From positions 12,007-76,006 of the forward strand of contig CAYNZD010000001.1 of NCBI GenBank assembly GCA_964401675.1: DNA of 64,000 nucleotides. The letters are read 5' to 3'. The translations under genes and the position numbers were made by a program. This document shows positions 27,492 to 34,276 of this stretch, piece after piece (position 1 is the stretch's first letter; the number at the start of each line of letters is the position of its first letter). The stretch comes from Candidatus Woesearchaeota archaeon (GTDB taxonomy: Archaea > Nanobdellota > Nanobdellia > Pacearchaeales > GW2011-AR1). Below the pieces are notes generated by a model. It was not told where the DNA came from, made no database searches, and saw only the letters and a program-made list of their open reading frames with translations.

Positions 27492-27911
27492 ATGGAAAAC
27501 CCTAATGAAAGTGGAACACCTTTAAGCACATGGAATACCTCTAATGAACTTGGTTCTCTAGGCAAAGCAAAAATAGATTCCCTCAAGGACATTGTTTCAG
27601 AAATTGAAAATATGATTGGAGAAAGAACTATCCTTAGTTCAAAATTTGTCAAAGAAGGCGAAAACATGAAAGTAAAAATTCACAATTTTCTTTTAGAGAA
27701 CGAGCCAAAAGGCGAAAACGATTCTGAGTTTACACGAGAAAGAGCTGAATTACGAAAAAAGCAAATTGAAATCTCAGAACTTCAACTTAACGAAAAAATA
27801 GGATGCTGGAGAGATATTTCATTATTGAAAAAAGAGCTTCGAGAAAATAATAAAGAATTAAATGAAAAAGAAAGCCGAATAAAAATGTTCGGAGAAATTT
27901 TGAAAGAATAA
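27492..27911 (+). CDS. hypothetical coiled-coil protein
   Basis: 139 aa with Glu/Lys-rich heptad-like repeats. The ATG sits 16 nt upstream of the HerA-like ATPase gene. Confidence 0.35.
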   Translation: MENPNESGTPLSTWNTSNELGSLGKAKIDSLKDIVSEIENMIGERTILSSKFVKEGENMKVKIHNFLLENEPKGENDSEFTRERAELRKKQIEISELQLNEKIGCWRDISLLKKELRENNKELNEKESRIKMFGEILKE

Positions 27912-27927
27912 TAAATAAAATTTCACG

Positions 27928-29823
27928 ATGAGACAACAAACATTAACCATAGAAGAAATTTGCAACAAGCTTAGACCTTTCTTTGAGAAAAAAATTGACG
28001 AGATGTATTTTCAGTATGCCATGGCAGATAGCCGAGAAGAAAAAGAAGAAATCGCGCATATTTTGAATATGCTTTATCAAAAATACTTAAATCAACTATT
28101 GGATAAAAGTGTCTTACTAGAACCCCCGAGGAAAGAATTGATTGATGGAACATATAACCTTGCAACAATTAGTTATGCGGGAAGAAAGCTTTTTGATTTT
28201 TCATTAAGAGAGCAGGATTGGCCGCGACACATTTGCGTTACAGGCATGTCTGGTTCCGGAAAAACAACTTTCGCATTCAAAATAATTGAAGCTCTGAATA
28301 AGCACAATAAACCCTATTTAGTTTTTGATTGGAAAAAATCCTTTCGGCCACTTTCGGCAGAGAATAATTCAATTATGACTTTTACCGTCGGCAATGAAAA
28401 AGTAACCAACCTATTCAAGACAAATATAAATCAGCCACCTAAAGGGGTAACTCCAAAAGAATGGATTAATGTTTTATCCGGCCTTTTAACTGAAAGTTTC
28501 TCCGCATCGTTTGGCGTCCATAAAATAATTTTAGAAACGTTAGATCAAGCATTCAAAGAATGGGGAATTTATAGTGGATCAGAAAATTATCCAACATGGA
28601 ATCACATTAAATGGAAAATGGAAGAAAAATTAGATAAAGCTAAAGGCAGAGAGGCAGGATGGATGGAATCCGCATTAAGAATTGCGACCGTAATGACTTT
28701 CGGAGAATTCGGAAAAACAATGAACTATAAAGGAAACAATAGTTTCACAGTTGAAGAACTACTAGACAAAAAAGTAATTATGGAATTAAATTCTCTGGGT
28801 GGTGTAGAAAAAACTTTTTTTTGTGAATTTATCTTAACTTACATCTACAAATTAAAAAAAGCAATGCCCAATGAAATGAATCATGGATTCGACCACGCGA
28901 TTATCGTCGACGAAGCACATAATATTTTCTTAAAAAAACCAACGAGTTTTTCCAACGAATCTACAACTGATATGATATATCGAGAAATGAGAGAATATGG
29001 AACAAGTCTTATTTGTCTCGACCAACATATTTCAAAAATCTCTGATACAGTCAAAGGCAATAGTGCATGCCATATTGCATTTCAGCAACAGCTGCCTCAA
29101 GATATTCGAGATATAAGCGACATTATGAATCTTGGAGAAAACCGGCAATATTTTTCTCAACTTCCCGTAGGAAATGCAATTGTGAAACTCGCAGAAAGAC
29201 ACACCTCGCCTTTCTTAATAGAAGTTCCATATGTCGAAATGCGAAACAAAAATATAACGGATGAATATATCAAATCCAAAATGCAAATGACGACACTTGG
29301 TAACGATTATAAAAAAAAAGTAGACCCGAAATTCAACAAAGCGATAGAAGAACCCATATTAATTGAGCCAGTATCAACCGATGCTGGACCAATCGGCACT
29401 TCGAATAATCTAACAGAAATACAGCAAATATTATATGATTTTATTACAGCCCATTTAGAAGCTGGTATGGAATTAGAAGAAATTGAAAAAACTTTAGAAA
29501 AAAGTAAAGAACAAGGAAACTACACAACTTCGGACATAATATACACTATTAACTTGATTTTTGAAAATCAATTAACTCTATCGCCTCAAAATTTAAAAAT
29601 AAATGAAAATAGTAATTTAAGTTTAGATGAAAAAAATTTTACGGAATTTCTTCAGAAAAATCCAAAACATATTCTAAGCACAACTGAGCTATATTTACAA
29701 TTGGGACTTTCAGCAAGGAAGGGAACAATGGTAAAAAAAGGATTAGAAGAAAAGGAATTGATTAAAATCGAAGAAATAAAATATAACAAAGGTTGGAAAA
29801 AAATAATTAGACCATCCAATTAA
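27928..29823 (+). CDS. FtsK/HerA-superfamily ATPase (DUF87/HerA-like) with a C-terminal winged-helix-like domain
   Basis: Walker A HICVTGMSGSGKTT and Walker B AIIVDEAHNIF. The size and motif spacing are typical of HerA/VirB4-like DNA-translocating ATPases. The C-terminus LSTTELYLQLGLSARKGTMVKKGLEEKELIKIEEI is HTH-like. Confidence 0.65.
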   Translation: MRQQTLTIEEICNKLRPFFEKKIDEMYFQYAMADSREEKEEIAHILNMLYQKYLNQLLDKSVLLEPPRKELIDGTYNLATISYAGRKLFDFSLREQDWPRHICVTGMSGSGKTTFAFKIIEALNKHNKPYLVFDWKKSFRPLSAENNSIMTFTVGNEKVTNLFKTNINQPPKGVTPKEWINVLSGLLTESFSASFGVHKIILETLDQAFKEWGIYSGSENYPTWNHIKWKMEEKLDKAKGREAGWMESALRIATVMTFGEFGKTMNYKGNNSFTVEELLDKKVIMELNSLGGVEKTFFCEFILTYIYKLKKAMPNEMNHGFDHAIIVDEAHNIFLKKPTSFSNESTTDMIYREMREYGTSLICLDQHISKISDTVKGNSACHIAFQQQLPQDIRDISDIMNLGENRQYFSQLPVGNAIVKLAERHTSPFLIEVPYVEMRNKNITDEYIKSKMQMTTLGNDYKKKVDPKFNKAIEEPILIEPVSTDAGPIGTSNNLTEIQQILYDFITAHLEAGMELEEIEKTLEKSKEQGNYTTSDIIYTINLIFENQLTLSPQNLKINENSNLSLDEKNFTEFLQKNPKHILSTTELYLQLGLSARKGTMVKKGLEEKELIKIEEIKYNKGWKKIIRPSN

Positions 29824-29890
29824 TTCACATTCACACAAACAAAACAAAAATCCACACAACAAATACAACAAACAACAAACAACAACAATT
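29824..29890. repeat. CA-rich low-complexity tract (ACAAA / CAACAA microsatellite-like)
   Basis: cacattcacacaaacaaaacaaaaatccacacaacaaatacaacaaacaacaaacaacaacaa. It lies immediately after the ATPase stop. Confidence 0.5.
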
Positions 29891-30119
29891 CAATACATAA
29901 ATATTGAATTCAGCAACTCGCCAAAAATAAGTGGATAAAAACAAAAGAACGAAATACCTTCGCAGAAAATCAAAAAATCTGTGGAATAAGTTAATTCGAA
30001 AGAAGGAAATATTAGACTTGTCTTTAAGAAAGTTTCAGATATATGGTGGAATATCTTGATTATGAGGTATTTCAAACTAATTATTAGAAATAATTAACTA
30101 ACAAAGGGGGAACTAAGAG

Positions 30120-30545
30120 ATGAAGAAAATATTTGTCATTACAATTATTATGTTAACTATAGCATTTTCTTTCAGCAACCCGGCATTGGCAGAAGATTTA
30201 AGCGGGTATATCGGAACTTCAATATTCCCGGTAAACGACGAACACGATACCAATGGGACGGTTGAAGGATACGCGGAATATGCGCGCAAAAACTTTTTTG
30301 TTTCCGCAGAAGGAGAATTTTGGATTACAAACAACGTGCCAGAAAAGACAAGAACGGACAACTCCTACATTACAGGAACAAGTTTCGGCACATTCGGTTA
30401 TTTGTCCGATGTTCAACTTGGTATAGGATATAAACTGCCAAAAGGTTTTGATATAAGGTTAATTTATCGAAACCAGAGGTGGTATACCGGCTATGAAGGA
30501 GATTCGACGGGGATACAAGTCCGATGGAATTTTGGGAAAAATTAA
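30120..30545 (+). CDS. secreted beta-rich protein with a signal peptide
   Basis: Signal peptide MKKIFVITIIMLTIAFSFSNPALA. The mature part has alternating hydrophobic and polar stretches and ends RWNFGKN. A Shine-Dalgarno aagggggaac sits upstream. Confidence 0.45.
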   Translation: MKKIFVITIIMLTIAFSFSNPALAEDLSGYIGTSIFPVNDEHDTNGTVEGYAEYARKNFFVSAEGEFWITNNVPEKTRTDNSYITGTSFGTFGYLSDVQLGIGYKLPKGFDIRLIYRNQRWYTGYEGDSTGIQVRWNFGKN

Positions 30546-30669
30546 ACTTTAAAATAAGAGAGAGGAGGGCAAAAACACAACTCTATCAATTAGGGGAGGG
30601 AAAGAAATCTTTACATTAATTCTTTCCTTCCATGGACTTAACAATAAACTAACAGGAAGGAGTTTATTT

Positions 30670-30783
30670 ATGGCGAGAAAAAGGAAGCCGTCAGGAAAAG
30701 GAGGAAATAACATTTGTCCTAGATGTGGAAAATACAAAGCCTCTAGGCAAGACATATGTACGAAATGTCAACGAAATAAATAA
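30670..30783 (+). CDS. small basic zinc-ribbon protein (37 aa)
   Basis: MARKRKPSGKGGNNICPRCGKYKASRQDICTKCQRNK has CPRC...CTKC, a 4-Cys zinc ribbon. A GGAGG-like site (ggaaggag) sits 8 nt upstream. The gene is below the ORF-track size cutoff. It weakly resembles L37e-type ribosomal Zn ribbons, which is uncertain. Confidence 0.4.
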   Translation: MARKRKPSGKGGNNICPRCGKYKASRQDICTKCQRNK

Positions 30784-30799
30784 CAGAAAGGAAGAAATT

Positions 30800-30946
30800 A
30801 TGGCAAACGGGAAAGGAAGAACGTCCCCAAGAAACAACAAAAAGAATCGGCATTTCTGTGACTATTGTGGAAGGCCCAAATCTCCAGAAAATGAGATGTG
30901 TAAAAGATGTGTAAAAGAAAGAAAGAAAGAAATGGAAAATTATTAA
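30800..30946 (+). CDS. small basic zinc-ribbon protein (48 aa), tandem paralog of the previous gene
   Basis: MANGKGRTSPRNNKKNRHFCDYCGRPKSPENEMCKRCVKERKKEMENY has CDYC...CKRC. A Shine-Dalgarno aaaggaag sits upstream. It is in the same frame as track ORF 30725. Confidence 0.4.
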   Translation: MANGKGRTSPRNNKKNRHFCDYCGRPKSPENEMCKRCVKERKKEMENY

Positions 30947-30989
30947 GCTATCACCAATTTCACTTACTCAAAGAATAAGGAGCTTAGAA

Positions 30990-31154
30990 ATGCCTGTAGA
31001 TGCTAAAAATATTTCACTGGGAGTTAAAAAAATGGAAGATAGTCTTGTTGGAAAAATTGACGAGAATAGAAGAGGGGAGGGGAAGGAAGATAAAAAGGTG
31101 AAAAAAATAAAGAAAAGAAAAGAAGATGGAAAAACCAATCACAGAAGAACGTAA
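30990..31154 (+). CDS. possible small Lys-rich protein (54 aa)
   Basis: The ATG is preceded by aaggag. The protein is very basic and low-complexity, and could be a non-coding spacer. Confidence 0.25.
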   Translation: MPVDAKNISLGVKKMEDSLVGKIDENRRGEGKEDKKVKKIKKRKEDGKTNHRRT

Positions 31155-31266
31155 TAAAGTTTTAACGCAATAATGCAAAGAGACAGAAAGGTTCTGTTAT
31201 TTCACCTTTCTCTAAACAGAATCTTTCTGTCCCACCGAAAAGAAGAAGAATGAGAGGAGGAAATTT

Positions 31267-31422
31267 ATGTCGTCGAAAAAGAACAGAATAGTTATAATAA
31301 CAATAACAGCTATTGCGATTATACTTGCCTTCGCATTTACAATCATGTGCATTGGCATGATCCCAGAATTAAATTCACTTTTTGATTTAGAACAAATCGA
31401 AAAGAATCTAAAAACATTTTAG
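31267..31422 (+). CDS. small single-pass membrane protein (51 aa)
   Basis: A strong Shine-Dalgarno gaggagg sits 7 nt upstream. The central TM helix is IVIITITAIAIILAFAFTIMCIGMI. Confidence 0.4.
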   Translation: MSSKKNRIVIITITAIAIILAFAFTIMCIGMIPELNSLFDLEQIEKNLKTF

Positions 31423-31434
31423 GAGGATAAACTC

Positions 31435-31686
31435 ATGACGAGAAATAAAGCACTGCTTGGCTGGATCGCTTTTGTAGTCCCAACAACAATAGGGTGGCTA
31501 GTTCTTGAAACTGATTCAATACTGTATTTTCATTTTAACCACATATGGGAGATGATTGAAAGATACAGAACACCAGGACCATACCAATGCATTTTCGATC
31601 AAGAATTGATAATATCAACAGGAATCTTTCTGATGATATTATTTTCCGTAGTTACCTCCATGATAATGTGTATTAGGAAAGAATAA
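31435..31686 (+). CDS. small membrane protein (83 aa)
   Basis: A Shine-Dalgarno aggagg sits 8 nt upstream. It has two hydrophobic helices. Confidence 0.45.
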   Translation: MTRNKALLGWIAFVVPTTIGWLVLETDSILYFHFNHIWEMIERYRTPGPYQCIFDQELIISTGIFLMILFSVVTSMIMCIRKE

Positions 31687-31714
31687 AAGCCAGGAGGGGA
31701 TTAGTCATCAATTC

Positions 31715-31760
31715 AAAAAAGAGTTCGCTTTAGACAGGAGCTCTTTCAATTCTAAACCAA
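31715..31760 (+). repeat. hairpin repeat, copy A (terminator-like, AAAGAGTTC...GAGCTCTTT stem, then caattctaaac)
   Basis: aaaaaagagttcgctttagacaggagctctttcaattctaaacc. The stem is 9 bp with one G-U pair and is followed by TTT. It shares the 3-prime ggagctctttcaattctaaac with copy B. Confidence 0.6.
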
Positions 31761-31783
31761 TTTAATTTTAAGAGGAGGATATT

Positions 31784-32149
31784 ATGGAAAAAAAAGGGGT
31801 TCACATAGACATAGAGGAATACGAAGACAAAGAAAGACTATCGTTGACCTTAATGGCCATCGGAATGATTATGGGCGCAATGATAGTAATAATATCAGCA
31901 ATTCTGGCGTTTGGTGCATTTGTGGCGGAAGGAGATTATGGCTATGCAATAAAGTCTGTGAGTTTTCTCCCTATACCTATTTGTATTTTTTTAATCGGAT
32001 ATTTTCGAATAAAAAGAATGGGGAGGGAACTATCTGCGAGTGCTTTCGAAAAGAAAAATGAAAAAGAGTGGAAGGAATTTGAAAAGACTGTCTCCGAAGA
32101 TTGCAAAAAAGAAGGGAGTGAGCACGTCGGAGGTGGATGCAAATGCTAA
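31784..32149 (+). CDS. small membrane protein (121 aa)
   Basis: A Shine-Dalgarno agaggagg sits upstream. It has two TM helices and a Cys-containing C-terminal tail (GGGCKC). Confidence 0.45.
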   Translation: MEKKGVHIDIEEYEDKERLSLTLMAIGMIMGAMIVIISAILAFGAFVAEGDYGYAIKSVSFLPIPICIFLIGYFRIKRMGRELSASAFEKKNEKEWKEFEKTVSEDCKKEGSEHVGGGCKC

Positions 32150-32157
32150 CAAAACTA

Positions 32158-32210
32158 GCCTAACCCAAAAAAAGGGCTCGCTTCCGATTGGAGCTCTTTC
32201 AATTCTAAAC
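32158..32210 (+). repeat. hairpin repeat, copy B
   Basis: ctaacccaaaaaaagggctcgcttccgattggagctctttcaattctaaac. The stem is AAAGGGCTC / GAGCTCTTT. It starts 9 nt after the stop of the 31784 gene. Confidence 0.6.
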
Positions 32211-32237
32211 ATTTTTTTCTTCAAAGGAGAAAAAATA

Positions 32238-34061
32238 ATGAAAAAGTTATCTTTAGTTTTAAGTATAGTAATTGTTGCTGTTTTTGGATTGAATCAAGAA
32301 GCTTCTGCCAGAGAAGATCAAGAAGCATTTTGGATCTATTTTACACAAGATAAAAATATAAGTAATTTAAACACACAAACATCGGCACAAAAAGGATTAC
32401 TGGAAAAAGCAGAAAGGGGTATTAATTCCATTGGAAAACACCAAAAAATAGCTCACGCTCCCAATGCATATAAAAAAATTGGTATTGAAATGTATCAAAA
32501 ACATGACACCTTGTCTATAGACTATGTCATACTGCCTCCTCGAGAATTTAACAACAGAATCTCCATTCATGAACAGATATTTAGAGAGAGTATCGCAGAA
32601 ACACATGTGTACATTGTGCTTCCAAAATATATTTTTCCAATTCTCAGAAAACAACGAAGTATTATAACAAGCAACAACCGTCAAATTGAATTTTTAGATA
32701 TGGTATCTCCTGAAACAACCAACCTATCTAAAATATTAGAAAAATATAATTCAATAACAGGAAACACTCAGAAATCTCAAGAAAATTATTCTTCTAGTAT
32801 GGAAAGGGCATTTGATGGAACTCTTGATTTAATGGGAAAATCTGGAAAAATTGCAAAGTTTGTAAAAAAATTCATCAAATTGGGACTTGAAAAAGGGGAG
32901 AAAGAAAGAGTTCAATATCTTAGAGAAAAATATGGTTCTAATTACCAGGTCTATCGGATACCATTTCATGCATTCAAGAAAGTAAACCTCAAGCAGATTA
33001 ATATAGGAAGAGCCAATTCTATCTCCCTGTATTCTTCCAAGAAACCAGTGAAAGAAAAAATGTTTATAGAAATCCCTCGCATGACTTTTGAAATTGATGT
33101 TAAGGGTGCTGCAAGAAAAGCGAGTATCGAAGGATTAGCTTATGAAATGATGATTAAACCTGAATTTGTCAAAATAACCAATATTCCAACTGTAGTAACA
33201 AAAAAGAAATCTAAAAAATTCCTCCATCGAGATACACTTATGAATCGTAATAAATTTAATGAAGAAGTTAAAAAATATGTAGAATCAGGAGAATTATTCA
33301 AATCAGTATATAATAATGTTGGCAGGATTCTCTGGTTTGAAAAAATAAACGATGGCAAATTTCTTGTAGCTGTAGAATATAAAAGAGGTGGCGGAATACA
33401 ATATTGCGAAGTACGCTCATTTTATTTCCCTCTTCCTAATGATCTGGAATTTATTTCTGAACTCAAAAAAATACGTGGCATATCCTACTTGTCTCCAAAA
33501 GCAATCGAGGAGGAGCGACTCAAAGCTTTTGGGTGGATAGTTTTTGAACAGCTTCGAAAACATGGCAATAAGGGATATATATGGGGCAAAGGATGCGCCT
33601 TTAAAAAAAATTACAATACGGGCAAATATGAATGGAGTTTTCCACATAGTCCTAGGTCTTCTCTGAATGCCATAGCCAAAGAAGGAATAGAATCCTATAG
33701 GCGCATGTCTGATAAATATCGTAAAAGCCTCCTTGGAGAAGCAGAAAAAATTTGCTTAACAAGCCCGCTTAAAGAACTTTCACGAGACTATCGGATATCA
33801 ATGTATAAGCGCATTGATAATGCCATAGGAAATACTGTTGGTATTGTAGCAACATATATCCTAAAAGGTCGTAATGGCACACATATGGAATTGAGGGGAG
33901 ATGATACATTTTTAATAAAGAACAGAAAAACTATCAATGGAAAGTACAGAATAGAAGCAAGTGGTATTGTATTCATGGTAAACAATAGAACCATAAGAAG
34001 AAATTATGGCGTTGAATTTGTTATAGGTCCTGAGGACAACCGTTGGACAAGAACAGATTAA
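32238..34061 (+). CDS. secreted hypothetical protein (608 aa) with an N-terminal signal peptide
   Basis: The track ORF starts upstream at 32040. ATG 32238 is preceded by aaaggaga and gives MKKLSLVLSIVIVAVFGLNQEASA, a signal peptide. No known domain was recognised. The gene is flanked by hairpin repeat copies B and C. Confidence 0.5.
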   Translation: MKKLSLVLSIVIVAVFGLNQEASAREDQEAFWIYFTQDKNISNLNTQTSAQKGLLEKAERGINSIGKHQKIAHAPNAYKKIGIEMYQKHDTLSIDYVILPPREFNNRISIHEQIFRESIAETHVYIVLPKYIFPILRKQRSIITSNNRQIEFLDMVSPETTNLSKILEKYNSITGNTQKSQENYSSSMERAFDGTLDLMGKSGKIAKFVKKFIKLGLEKGEKERVQYLREKYGSNYQVYRIPFHAFKKVNLKQINIGRANSISLYSSKKPVKEKMFIEIPRMTFEIDVKGAARKASIEGLAYEMMIKPEFVKITNIPTVVTKKKSKKFLHRDTLMNRNKFNEEVKKYVESGELFKSVYNNVGRILWFEKINDGKFLVAVEYKRGGGIQYCEVRSFYFPLPNDLEFISELKKIRGISYLSPKAIEEERLKAFGWIVFEQLRKHGNKGYIWGKGCAFKKNYNTGKYEWSFPHSPRSSLNAIAKEGIESYRRMSDKYRKSLLGEAEKICLTSPLKELSRDYRISMYKRIDNAIGNTVGIVATYILKGRNGTHMELRGDDTFLIKNRKTINGKYRIEASGIVFMVNNRTIRRNYGVEFVIGPEDNRWTRTD

Positions 34062-34102
34062 CTAACCCAAAAAAGAGCTCGCTCCCACAGGAGCTCTTTT
34101 CC
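34062..34102 (+). repeat. hairpin repeat, copy C (perfect 10-bp stem AAAAGAGCTC / GAGCTCTTTT)
   Basis: ctaacccaaaaaagagctcgctcccacaggagctcttttcc. It begins at the stop codon of the 32238 gene and shares the 5-prime ctaacccaaaaaa with copy B. Confidence 0.6.
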
Positions 34103-34276
34103 AACCTTTTTTATTTGTCCCAACCTATATACTCTAACATACTATATTCAAACATATATATTAAACATCATACTAAATTCCTATACCAATTCAAAATACA
34201 ACAACAGCATGCCCAACCAATAATAGAAATAATCTGGGAGGGTTACATTTATATATTCTCTCCTCTAAAAAAATAT

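Noticed and set aside
30120-30545. Bacterial-type outer-membrane beta-barrel call for the secreted protein ending RWNF
   Set aside because: The genome context is archaeal, with no outer membrane. It is kept only as a secreted beta-rich protein.
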